Both the position numbers and the translations under genes were made by a program. Shown piece by piece: positions 26,568 to 34,745 of a stretch of 64,000 bases of DNA. The first letter of the stretch is position 1; each line of letters starts with the position of its first letter. Origin of the DNA: a bacterium (GTDB lineage: Bacteria > Sysuimicrobiota > Sysuimicrobiia > Sysuimicrobiales > Kaftiobacteriaceae); NCBI GenBank assembly GCA_036505015.1, contig DASXUC010000026.1, positions 4,229-68,228 on the forward strand. Direction: 5' to 3'. The notes below the pieces were generated by a model. It was not told the DNA's origin and did not search any database. It saw only the letters and a program-made list of their open reading frames with translations.

Positions 26568-28116
26568 GGCGTCCGAACTGCTCCCGCAGCATCCGCTTGA
26601 GGACTTTGCCCGCGGCGTTGCGCGGCAGCGCGTCGACAATCTGCAGTCCCTTGGGAATCTTGTAGCGGGCCAGCTGGCCGTCGCAGAACCGCCGCAGTTC
26701 ATCCAGAGAGAGCGACTGGCCCGGCTTCACCACGACGGCCGCCTGCGCCGCCTCCCCCCAGCGCTCGTCGGGAATGCCGAAGACGGCGGCCTCGAGCACC
26801 GCGGGGTGGCGAAAGAGCACGTCCTCCACCTCGGCAGGGTAGATATTCTCGCCACCGGAGATGATCATGTCCGTCTTGCGGTCGACGATGTAGAGAAATC
26901 CCTCCGCGTCGATGCGGGCCAAGTCACCGGTGCGAAACCACGATTCCCCCGCGGGGTCGCTGACCATGACCTCCGCGGTCGCGGCCGGCCGGCGCCAGTA
27001 CCCGGAAAAGAGATTGGGGCCTCGGGTCCACACCTCGCCAATCCCCCCGGGGGGAACGTCTTGCCCTGCGTCGTCGACGACCCTCAGCTCGGCGTGGAGG
27101 GTGGCCTTCCCGACCGATCCCTTCTTGCGGAAGGCGTCGGCGGCAGGGATCAGCGTGCAGGTGGGGGAGGTCTCGGTCAAGCCGTAGCCTTGCTGGAAGA
27201 GCACGCCCCGCCGCTCGAAGGCGTCGATAATCGTCACCGGGCACGGCGCGCCGCCTGACGCGAAGCGCATGCCGCCGAGGTCGGCGTCCACAAATGCCTT
27301 GGACTGCAGCAGCGCCAGGTACATCGCGGGAACGGCAAGCATCGCCGTCACCTCGTGCGCGGCGATTAACTGCACCGTCTGCTCCGGGTCGAACGCACGC
27401 TGGATGACGGCGGTCGCACCGTGGTGGATCGACGGCAGGGTGTACAGTCCGATGCCCCCGGCATGGAACATCGGGAGCACATTGAGGGTCACGTCGCGGT
27501 CCGTCAGCCCGATCGCCGTTCCGATGTTGATGCTGTTCCAGAACTGCGTCGCCTGGGTGAGCACCGCCCCTTTCGGCCGGCCGGTCGTGCCCGAGGTGTA
27601 CATGATCAGCAGCGGGTCCTCGGCATCCCCCTCGGGTCCCTGTCCAGGTGGAAGAGCCTCGAGACCAAACACGAGCACGTCATACGGAATCGCCCAGGGC
27701 AGCGCGTCCCGGTCTGCATCGCTGAACGAGAAGTACGTCTGAATCAGCGCCGATTCAGGCTGGGCTTTGAGCCCATCGACCAGGGATACCAGACTGGGGT
27801 CGACGACCAGCATCTTCGGTTCGCTGTCCTGCACCTGAAACGCAAGTTCCGGCGGCGTCAGCCGCCAGTTCAGGGGAACTACGATCGCTCCCAACCACGC
27901 CGCGGCAAAGATAGTCTCGATGTATTCGGCCCGGTTGATCGACAGGATCGCGATCCGATCTCCTTTGCGGAGGCCGTAGCGTTCCAGATACCGTGCGGCC
28001 CCGGCGACCCGCGCAGCGAGCTGGCGATACGTGATCGACCGCGCGCCATCAAGCAGCGCCGGTTTGTCCGGATTGATGTCGGCACGGCGTTCCAGCCAGT
28101 GCCAGATGCCCCACAC
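26548..28116 (-). CDS. AMP-dependent acyl-CoA synthetase / fatty-acid-CoA ligase
   Basis: IMYTSGTTGRPKGA, GYGLTE and TGDLARIDAEGFLYIVDRKTD motifs. Likely start is the GTG at 28116. The track N-terminus (MNDERRTTNDER...) is encoded by a heptad repeat array. Confidence 0.85.
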   Translation of the reverse strand: MWGIWHWLERRADINPDKPALLDGARSITYRQLAARVAGAARYLERYGLRKGDRIAILSINRAEYIETIFAAAWLGAIVVPLNWRLTPPELAFQVQDSEPKMLVVDPSLVSLVDGLKAQPESALIQTYFSFSDADRDALPWAIPYDVLVFGLEALPPGQGPEGDAEDPLLIMYTSGTTGRPKGAVLTQATQFWNSINIGTAIGLTDRDVTLNVLPMFHAGGIGLYTLPSIHHGATAVIQRAFDPEQTVQLIAAHEVTAMLAVPAMYLALLQSKAFVDADLGGMRFASGGAPCPVTIIDAFERRGVLFQQGYGLTETSPTCTLIPAADAFRKKGSVGKATLHAELRVVDDAGQDVPPGGIGEVWTRGPNLFSGYWRRPAATAEVMVSDPAGESWFRTGDLARIDAEGFLYIVDRKTDMIISGGENIYPAEVEDVLFRHPAVLEAAVFGIPDERWGEAAQAAVVVKPGQSLSLDELRRFCDGQLARYKIPKGLQIVDALPRNAAGKVLKRMLREQFGRHAVREH

Positions 28117-28129
28117 GGTCCCTAACCCC

Positions 28130-28199
28130 CGTTCATCGTTCGTCGTTCGTCGTTCATCGTTCATCAACAACCAACAACCACGAACCATGAACCATGATC
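28130..28199. repeat. Ten consecutive heptads (CGTTCAT x5, then CAACAAC/CATGAAC x5), partly self-complementary
   Basis: CGTTCAT CGTTCGT CGTTCGT CGTTCAT CGTTCAT CAACAAC CAACAAC CACGAAC CATGAAC CATGATC. Confidence 0.9.
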
Positions 28200-28206
28200 G
28201 GCATTG

Positions 28207-29202
28207 TCACCACCGAATTGCAGTGGCCGCCCACGAATAGCCGGTGCCGCCGCTGACGGCCACGGCAAGATCGCCCCGCCGCAGCCGGCCCGCGCGCTCG
28301 CCCTCGACCAGCGAGATCAGCGGGTCGATGGCCGACATGTGGCCGTAATCCGCCAGGTAGAACGACTGCGATTCTTCCAGTCCCAGTACCCGCAAGAGTG
28401 CGTCGAACAGCGATCGTTTGGTGTGCAGCGCGGCCAGGTAGTCGATGTCCGCCACGGTGAACCCGCTGCGCGTGACGGCCTCGGTGATGACCCCGACAAA
28501 GCGGTCCAGGGCCACCGGATCCAACCGGGCCTTCATGCCCTGGGGATCGATGACGTCGAGGAAGTGCATCCCCTGCCGGACTGTCTGCTCCGACGCGGGA
28601 TGCACCGAGCCGCCCGCCGGGACGAGCACATCCCTCCAGAACGAACCGTCGGTGACGATCGCCGATGCCAGCACCTCATGACCGGAGTCCCGCTGCAGCA
28701 CCGCGGCCGCGGCGCCGTCGGCGAAACTGAACGCGAAGCGAGACCGCGGGTTGCGGTAATCGATGATCGCCGCCTCCCGCGAGGCGCCGGCCAGCAAGAT
28801 CGCGGTGAGATCTCGGTCTGCGACCAGCATGTCCTTGGCCACCTTCAGCGCCACCGGGCCGCAGGCGCTGGTGTCCATCAGCTCGAAGGTGAACGCGTTC
28901 ACCAACGCCAGTTCGTGCTGCAGCCTCGGCGCGCAGGTCCACAAGTAGTAGTCTTTGTGCGCGCTCCCGAAATAGATCACCGCCCCGATGCTCCGTGGGT
29001 CGATGCCCTCCAGCGCGGCGCGGGCGGCGTGGAGGGCCATGTCAGAAACGTGTTCATCCGGCGAGGCGATATGCTTCTGGCGCAGCCCGAACTTTTGGAT
29101 GATGACCTCCTCCGGGATGCCGCTGGCCGCGGCAATGGCGTCGCTCCTCTGCACGGCCGGCGGGATATAGGTCCCCATCGCGGTGATCCCGACGCGAGGC
29201 AT
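28207..29202 (-). CDS. KAS III (FabH)-like thiolase-fold condensing enzyme or acyltransferase
   Basis: FabH-like length and layout, with the active-site Cys in MDTSACGP. Start refined to the ATG at 29202 (ATGA overlap with the tetR stop). Confidence 0.8.
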   Translation of the reverse strand: MPRVGITAMGTYIPPAVQRSDAIAAASGIPEEVIIQKFGLRQKHIASPDEHVSDMALHAARAALEGIDPRSIGAVIYFGSAHKDYYLWTCAPRLQHELALVNAFTFELMDTSACGPVALKVAKDMLVADRDLTAILLAGASREAAIIDYRNPRSRFAFSFADGAAAAVLQRDSGHEVLASAIVTDGSFWRDVLVPAGGSVHPASEQTVRQGMHFLDVIDPQGMKARLDPVALDRFVGVITEAVTRSGFTVADIDYLAALHTKRSLFDALLRVLGLEESQSFYLADYGHMSAIDPLISLVEGERAGRLRRGDLAVAVSGGTGYSWAATAIRW

Positions 29203-29831
29203 CAGGCCCCGGCTCCCTTGCCGGTCCCGTCCAGACCGTGCAGCAGGAACTCCATCATGCCGTTGACTACGGAGGCCTTGGGTCCCGATCTCTCCCACAG
29301 GACCCAGCGCATGCCCAGGAAGTCCCCGATCCCCATCAGGCAGTACGCCAGGAGTTCCGGGTCAAGCGAACGGATGTGGCCGGCTCGGATGCCCTCCCGC
29401 AGCCCCGCCATATAGCCATCGGCAAACCGGCGGTAGTACCAGCGGAACAGCGCCGGATCGACAAACTCCGCCTGGCGGACAATGCGGTACATGTTGCGGT
29501 GGTGGTGAATAAAGCGGAAGAACGACTCGAACCCCTTGCGTTCGACGTCGCGCCGGTCGGTCAGTCCCCGAACGTCTTCCTGGATGGTGCGCCGCAGGTC
29601 ACGATTCCGCTCGCGCACGAGTTCGGTGAAGATCGCCCGCTTGCCGGGGAAGTAGACGTAGAAGGTGCCCTGGGCGACGCGGGCGCGGCGGGTGATGTTG
29701 GAGATCGACGTCTCGAAGTAGCCGCGGGCTCCGAACTCCGCCTCGGCCGCGTCGAGCAGGCGCCGACGCGTTCGCTGACCCCGGGCCTGCTTGGGTCGTT
29801 TGACGGGCTTAGAAACTGACAGGTGATTCAC
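29202..29831 (-). CDS. TetR/AcrR-family transcriptional regulator
   Basis: N-terminal HTH (FGARGYFETSISNITRRARVAQGTFYVYF). Confidence 0.85.
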   Translation of the reverse strand: MNHLSVSKPVKRPKQARGQRTRRRLLDAAEAEFGARGYFETSISNITRRARVAQGTFYVYFPGKRAIFTELVRERNRDLRRTIQEDVRGLTDRRDVERKGFESFFRFIHHHRNMYRIVRQAEFVDPALFRWYYRRFADGYMAGLREGIRAGHIRSLDPELLAYCLMGIGDFLGMRWVLWERSGPKASVVNGMMEFLLHGLDGTGKGAGA

Positions 29832-29883
29832 CTATCAACTTGTCAGAACTCCTTCGATTCCTGAAGGGGTATCCCCTGCAGAA

Positions 29884-29986
29884 GCGTCTGCTCAGTCTCC
29901 ACCGTCTCCTCCGTCTGCACAGTCTGGAACCGGATCGATGTAGGCGGAGAGGACGGAGAAGACTGGGTAGACGGAGTAGACGCAGT
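29884..29986. repeat. Inverted arrays of 9-nt units (5 + 5) in the tetR-moaA divergent gap
   Basis: Left arm: GCGTCTGCT CAGTCTCCA CCGTCTCCT CCGTCTGCA CAGTCTGGA. Right arm: AGGCGGAGA GGACGGAGA AGACTGGGT AGACGGAGT AGACGCAGT, the reverse complement of the same NCTCCGTCT unit. Confidence 0.85.
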
Positions 29987-29994
29987 GCTATAAT
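29986..29994 (+). promoter_or_regulatory. Extended -10 element (TGcTATAAT) upstream of moaA
   Basis: TGC TATAAT at 29986-29994, 27 nt before the TTG start. No good -35. Sits at the edge of the 9-mer inverted array. Confidence 0.4.
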
Positions 29995-30020
29995 TCCCTA
30001 TATCGCTGGAGGTACGCGTT

Positions 30021-30998
30021 TTGAAGGACCAGTACGGCCGAGAACTCACCGATCTCCGCATCTCTTTGACCGACCGCTGCAACCTGCGGTGCGTGTACTG
30101 CATGCCCGCGGAGGGGATCGACTTCCGTCCTCCCGAGGAGTTGCTGGCCGATGAGGAACTCCTGACCCTCGTGCGCATCGCCGCGGAACTGGGTGTGCGC
30201 AAGGTGCGCCTGACCGGCGGGGAGCCGACCGTGCGGCCCGGGATCGTGGAGCTGACCCAGGCGATCAGCAGCATCCCCGGAATCGAGGACGTGGCGATGA
30301 CGACCAACGGGCTGCTGCTGGAGTACCTCGCGGCGCCGCTGGCCCGCGCGGGCCTGCACCGGCTCAACGTCAGTCTGGACACGACGGATCCGGAGAAGTA
30401 CCGCCGCATTACCCGCGGCGGCCGCGTGGAGAAAGTCCTGGCGGGCATCGCGGCGTCGGAAGCCGCCGGCCTGAGACCGATTAAGCTCAACGCGGTGGTC
30501 GTGCGTGGATTCAACGAGGGCGACGTTGTTCCGCTGGCCGCGCTGACGCTGGAACGCCCCTGGGACGTACGCTTCATCGAGATGATGCCCTTCGGCAGCG
30601 TGGGCGACTTCGCGGAAGCCGGCGTCGTGAAGAGCGAGGAAACGATGGACCGGATCGCTGCGGCCCTCGGCCCCCTCGCCCCGCTTGACCTCTCCGGCGA
30701 GGATCCGGCCAGGACCTACCGGCTTCCCGGTGCGGTGGGGCGCGTCGGGTTCATCAGTCCGGTCAGCCAGCCATTTTGCAGCAAGTGCGGCCGGCTGCGC
30801 CTGACCGCCGACGGCCGGCTGCGATTGTGCCTCCTGCGCGACGACGAGCAGGATCTCCTCTCGCCGCTGCGCGGAGGAGCGACTTACGAGCAGGTGCGCG
30901 AGATCTTTCGCGCCGCCGCCTTCCGGCGTCCCTATGGACACGCCCTCGCCGAGAAGATGTTCCCGCAGGCCAGGGTGATGATCCAGATCGGAGGCTAG
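30021..30998 (+). CDS. moaA: GTP 3',8-cyclase (molybdenum cofactor biosynthesis protein A, radical SAM)
   Basis: CNLRCVYCMP radical-SAM cluster and C-terminal CSKCGRLRLTADG. TTG start with GGAGG 7 nt upstream. Confidence 0.9.
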   Translation: MKDQYGRELTDLRISLTDRCNLRCVYCMPAEGIDFRPPEELLADEELLTLVRIAAELGVRKVRLTGGEPTVRPGIVELTQAISSIPGIEDVAMTTNGLLLEYLAAPLARAGLHRLNVSLDTTDPEKYRRITRGGRVEKVLAGIAASEAAGLRPIKLNAVVVRGFNEGDVVPLAALTLERPWDVRFIEMMPFGSVGDFAEAGVVKSEETMDRIAAALGPLAPLDLSGEDPARTYRLPGAVGRVGFISPVSQPFCSKCGRLRLTADGRLRLCLLRDDEQDLLSPLRGGATYEQVREIFRAAAFRRPYGHALAEKMFPQARVMIQIGG

Positions 30999-31012
30999 GC
31001 GCTCATTCGGGT

Positions 31013-31417
31013 TCAGATCCCCCAGGATTTGGCGCCTACGATCCGCAGCCCAATCACCCACTCGATGTCCTCGTCCGCGTATTGCCTGTATTGCTTGAAC
31101 TTTCGCTTGAGCAGCTGACGGGCACGCGACAACTCGCGGCCGCTGCGAACGGTTTGGGCGCGGACATGGGCGACGAGTCCCCGCAGACGATCCCAGTCTT
31201 CAAAGTAGTCGTCACACTCGACGGCTCCTCGTGCGCGTTCCCGAAGATTCCGCGCCGTGCGCCCCTTGGTCCACACATAGACCGTTTGACTGGAAACGTC
31301 GAACGCATGACACAGCGGCGCAACGTGAGTCGCCCCGCTGCGATCCGCTGACGCCACCCTGCACACCCTGGCACGAGCCAAGTAGCGCTGCTCGCGCGTT
31401 GAAAGCCGTGCATGCAT
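31013..31417 (-). CDS. Pyridoxamine 5'-phosphate oxidase (PPOX)-family protein
   Basis: 134 aa with a split-barrel-like N-terminal pattern (L...E..YL...RVCRVA..D..G..HV.P). The family call is by eye. Confidence 0.65.
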   Translation of the reverse strand: MHARLSTREQRYLARARVCRVASADRSGATHVAPLCHAFDVSSQTVYVWTKGRTARNLRERARGAVECDDYFEDWDRLRGLVAHVRAQTVRSGRELSRARQLLKRKFKQYRQYADEDIEWVIGLRIVGAKSWGI

Positions 31418-31429
31418 CGGGATGTCCTC

Positions 31430-32110
31430 CTATCCTCCTGGCGCTGACATGTAGATCCAGGCTGACCCTGCCCTCCCCGGAGCAATCTCGTCGGGCACTT
31501 CGACCTCCTCGACTCGGCCAGCGACCTCGGCCAGCACAGCAGCGAACCCGGGGGCGCGATGTGCCGACCAGTAGGCAATGACCCCACCCGGCACTGTGGC
31601 ATCGTGGAATCGTTGTATCGCCTCGGGCGTATAGATTCGGGCGTTGTCAGGGACGACCAGCCAGTCCGGGCCATTGTCGGTGTCCAAGAGGATCGCCCCA
31701 TAGGACCTCGGGGGAAGTGGAACGTCCGACAGATCCGAGATGACCAGGTCCGTACGGGGATCATCCAACGGCCTGCCGCACAGGGACGCGAAGAATCGGC
31801 GATGCCAGTCCACGACAAGCGGCTCGACCTCAACGACTTGAACGCGGCCGACGCGAGGATCGGCCAGCGCCGCCTGCACCGTGTAACCGATTCCCAGGCC
31901 GCCGACCAAGACGTCGATCGTCTCAGCAATGACACGCTCCAGAGCGAGTCGGGCGAGTTGATGGTCAGATTCGCGGTTGTAAGTTGCCATCAGAAAGACG
32001 CCGTTGCAGATGATCTCGTAGTGGCCGTCACGGCGCTGCAGCTGCCATTCCCCGGTTGCCGTCGTCACCCGGGCCAGCACCTCGCGGCCGGAGGGTACGG
32101 GGTCAATCAT
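31430..32110 (-). CDS. Spermidine/spermine synthase-like SAM-dependent transferase
   Basis: VLVGGLGIGYT...VQVVEVEP motif set. Start refined to the ATG at 32110. Confidence 0.7.
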   Translation of the reverse strand: MIDPVPSGREVLARVTTATGEWQLQRRDGHYEIICNGVFLMATYNRESDHQLARLALERVIAETIDVLVGGLGIGYTVQAALADPRVGRVQVVEVEPLVVDWHRRFFASLCGRPLDDPRTDLVISDLSDVPLPPRSYGAILLDTDNGPDWLVVPDNARIYTPEAIQRFHDATVPGGVIAYWSAHRAPGFAAVLAEVAGRVEEVEVPDEIAPGRAGSAWIYMSAPGG

Positions 32111-32246
32111 CTTCGGGATCGAGAATTTCCTCTTCATCCGGCTCAAACGCCGTCCCGCAGCGCGGACAGATGACCTGCTCATCATCTTCCACCGACGTGA
32201 TCTGAAGGAAGATGAACCGGCAGTTGGGGCACAGGATGCGTAGCAT
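32103..32246 (-). CDS. Small zinc-ribbon protein with an acidic tail
   Basis: 47 aa, CPNC...CPRC, C-terminal PDEEEILDPEDD. There is an 8-nt overlap with the downstream gene. Confidence 0.5.
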   Translation of the reverse strand: MLRILCPNCRFIFLQITSVEDDEQVICPRCGTAFEPDEEEILDPEDD

Positions 32247-32487
32247 GATGCCGACGTCACAAGTATAGTGGCGGGGCGAGTGGGGTGGCCGCCGAGCGAC
32301 GTTGGAGGGCGGCAACCAGACCGCAGGCCGTGAAGCACAGGACCGCAGCACCAATGCAGCGGAGAGCGGTACAGACCGTAGTGTTCCGTAGCTAAGGATT
32401 GGCAGGCGAGCGTGGCAGGGAGCGTGAGGCCTGCAGCGTCAATCCGAGCCGCCCGACCGGAGCGAGCAGGCCACCCCCGAGCGCCGA

Positions 32488-32528
32488 CGACAAAGGAAGA
32501 GAGGGGACGAGATCTCTCGCCCCCTCTC
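32488..32528 (-). terminator. Putative intrinsic terminator of sigH
   Basis: On the minus strand: GAGAGGGGGCGAGAGATCTCGTCCCCTCTC hairpin followed by TTCCTTTGTCG, 22 nt after the sigH stop. Confidence 0.6.
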
Positions 32529-32549
32529 GATCTTCAAATAACGCCAGAA

Positions 32550-33188
32550 CTAGTCTTCTTCGCCCTCCAGATTCCGCTCCAGCTTCCGCTTCACGCGCTG
32601 CAGGGCGTTGTCGATGGACTTCACGTGCCGGTTCAGCTCGGTAGCCATCTCCTGGTAGGATTTCCCTTCCAGGTAGGCGGTGAGCACCCGGCACTCGAGC
32701 TCGCTGAGGTTCTTGCGGATCCGCTCCCGCATCGTGGCGGAGGCTTCCTGATTGATGACGAGTTCTTCGGGATCGGACACCTTGATGCTGCTGATCACGT
32801 CCAGCAGCGTGCGGTCCGAGTCCTCATCATAGATCGGCTTGTTCAACGAGATGTATGAGTTCAGCGGGATGTGCTTCTGACGGGTGGCCGTCTTGATCGC
32901 GGTGATGATCTGACGGGTGATGCACAGTTCGGCGAACGCGCGGAACGAAGAGAGTTTGTCCGCGCGGAAGTCGCGGATCGCCTTGTACAGGCCGATCATA
33001 CCCTCCTGGATGATATCTTCCCGATCCGCGCCGATCAGGAAGTAGGCCTTGGCCTTGACCCGGACGAAGTTGCGGTACTTATTGATGAGGTACTCACTGG
33101 CGTGATCGTCGCCGTTCTTGGCTGTGGCGACGAGGTCTTCATCGAGCATTTCCTGGTAGGTCGGAGCGTCGCGTCGCGCTAGAGCCAC
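32550..33188 (-). CDS. sigH: RNA polymerase sigma factor SigH (sporulation/stationary-phase sigma-70 family)
   Basis: Near-colinear with Bacillus SigH motifs (YLINKYRNFVRVKAKAYFLIGADREDIIQEGMIGLYKAIRDF...FAELCITRQIITAIKTATRQKHIPLNSY...NRHVKSIDNALQRVKRKLE). GTG start with a GGAGG RBS. Confidence 0.9.
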   Translation of the reverse strand: MALARRDAPTYQEMLDEDLVATAKNGDDHASEYLINKYRNFVRVKAKAYFLIGADREDIIQEGMIGLYKAIRDFRADKLSSFRAFAELCITRQIITAIKTATRQKHIPLNSYISLNKPIYDEDSDRTLLDVISSIKVSDPEELVINQEASATMRERIRKNLSELECRVLTAYLEGKSYQEMATELNRHVKSIDNALQRVKRKLERNLEGEED

Positions 33189-33236
33189 TCTTCGCCTCCG
33201 CCGGGAATCGGATTCGCCGCAGCGATGTTCTTGCCT

Positions 33237-33266
33237 ATTATACGGACAGGGTCACGAAACCGTCAA
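33237..33266 (-). promoter_or_regulatory. Sigma-70/SigA-type promoter upstream of sigH
   Basis: Minus strand: TTGACG - 18 nt - TATAAT, about 45 nt upstream of the GTG start. Confidence 0.6.
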
Positions 33267-33273
33267 GAAAAAA

Positions 33274-34632
33274 TCAGGGGCTCGCGCTGGTCTGCGTCGG
33301 TTTCTTGATGCCGATCTTGATCGTGCGGGGCACCGGGTTGTAGTAGCTGCTGACCACCAGCTCGCGTTTCACGACTTCTCCACCTACCCGGACGATGCGG
33401 TACGTTCGCACCCGGTATCCCGGCAGCGCCTCGCGCGTTACGGTCTGCCCTTCCTCCAGCAGGGGATCTCTCTTGGTCACCGTGTACGTCGGCGGAGCGA
33501 TCGTTTCCCGCGCGGAGACGATGATGCTGACCGCTCTTGCCGGGTCCGCGGTCCCGTAGGCCGTGAACGTCAGCCAGCGACCGGCCAGCGATGACCAGAT
33601 CATGAGGTAGTGCCCCGTGGTGTTCTTGAACTGCAGGTCGAGCGCGCCATAGGTGACGGTCGCGTCCCGGCCGATCGGCAGGTAGGCCACGGGCCGCATG
33701 TGGTTCGTGCGCGCCAGGATCTGCAGATCGGACAGCAGGGCGACATTGAACAGCGTCGAGCTGACCTGACAGACCCCGCCGCCGTCGCCTGGGACGAGCT
33801 CGTTGTCGATCAGCACCGGCGCTTCGCGGAATCCACGCGAGCCGGTACGCGGCCCGACGGTCTTGTTGTATGAGAACACCTCACCGGGCCCGACAATCGT
33901 GCCCCGGATGTAGGCGGCAGCCAGACCGACGTTGTGCACGCGGTTGGGCACGCCTCCGACGTGTGTCGTGTAAGTCGCCAGCGGAACGCTCAGCTCGCGC
34001 GCATTCGCGGTGGTGAAACGGGGGACGACCACCTCCACGTCGGCGACGGCACGGTCGGCGCCGGCGTCCATGGCGGCGGCAATCCGCTGTACCGTCGCAG
34101 CCACATCGAGCGTGCGGCCTTCCCGGCTTTCCCGGGTGATCACGACGCGCCCGCTCTGCACGGTCACTTCGGCATCTTCAGGCGTGGCACTGAATCCCTC
34201 AACCATCCGGGTGAGCAGCGCCCGCGAGACGCGGTCATCGCGCGTGGATCGGATCGGAATGTCCATGGGCCGGCCGATCAGCTCGATGCGCCGGATCAGG
34301 CGGACCCACGGAGGGCCGGTCCGGACCTGGGCGTATGCCTCCGCGACGGCTTCATCCGGGTACGCGCGCAGCCCCAGGTCGGCATAGGTGTACGTTCGGT
34401 CTTCGCTGCCGATCTGCAGGGCAAGCGGTTTCGACGTGATCGCCTGGGCGGCCGTGTGCGCCGCGGCTGCAGCCTCCGCTCGGGTGAGCCCCGCGACGCT
34501 GGTCCCCGCAATCGCCACGCCGGGGTAGATTCGTCCCTCGAACGCACGCGTGTCGCGGATCACCGCGGCGGCGCCGCCTGCGAGCGCACCAACCAACAGG
34601 ATGAGGACGGGCAGGATCACCCGTGCGAGCAT
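33274..34632 (-). CDS. VanW-family protein (membrane-anchored, C-terminal G5-like domain)
   Basis: VanW core (GGGVCQVSSTLFNVALL). Start is either the ATG at 34632, directly before the TM helix, or the GTG at 34722. The extra 30 codons are encoded by heptad repeats. Confidence 0.85.
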   Translation of the reverse strand: MLARVILPVLILLVGALAGGAAAVIRDTRAFEGRIYPGVAIAGTSVAGLTRAEAAAAAHTAAQAITSKPLALQIGSEDRTYTYADLGLRAYPDEAVAEAYAQVRTGPPWVRLIRRIELIGRPMDIPIRSTRDDRVSRALLTRMVEGFSATPEDAEVTVQSGRVVITRESREGRTLDVAATVQRIAAAMDAGADRAVADVEVVVPRFTTANARELSVPLATYTTHVGGVPNRVHNVGLAAAYIRGTIVGPGEVFSYNKTVGPRTGSRGFREAPVLIDNELVPGDGGGVCQVSSTLFNVALLSDLQILARTNHMRPVAYLPIGRDATVTYGALDLQFKNTTGHYLMIWSSLAGRWLTFTAYGTADPARAVSIIVSARETIAPPTYTVTKRDPLLEEGQTVTREALPGYRVRTYRIVRVGGEVVKRELVVSSYYNPVPRTIKIGIKKPTQTSASP

Positions 34633-34662
34633 ACCCCACCGGCGCCGTGGCCTTTTCCGGGT

Positions 34663-34745
34663 GGCCTGGGGCCTGGGATCTGGAACCGGGGATCTAGGTT
34701 GGACCTGCGCGTCACCAGTCACGAGTCACGAGTCACGAGTCACAT
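34663..34745. repeat. Two adjacent heptad arrays (GGCCTGG-type x5-6, then GTCACGA x5) in the rlmB-vanW junction
   Basis: GGCCTGG GGCCTGG GATCTGG AACCGGG GATCTAG ... GTCACCA GTCACGA GTCACGA GTCACGA GTCACAT. The rlmB stop codon lies inside the second array. Confidence 0.9.

Noticed and set aside
29832-30020. Molybdenum-cofactor riboswitch upstream of moaA.
   Set aside because: The only promoter-like element leaves a leader of about 20 nt. The upstream sequence is the 9-mer inverted array, and I could not recognise Moco-motif conserved segments.
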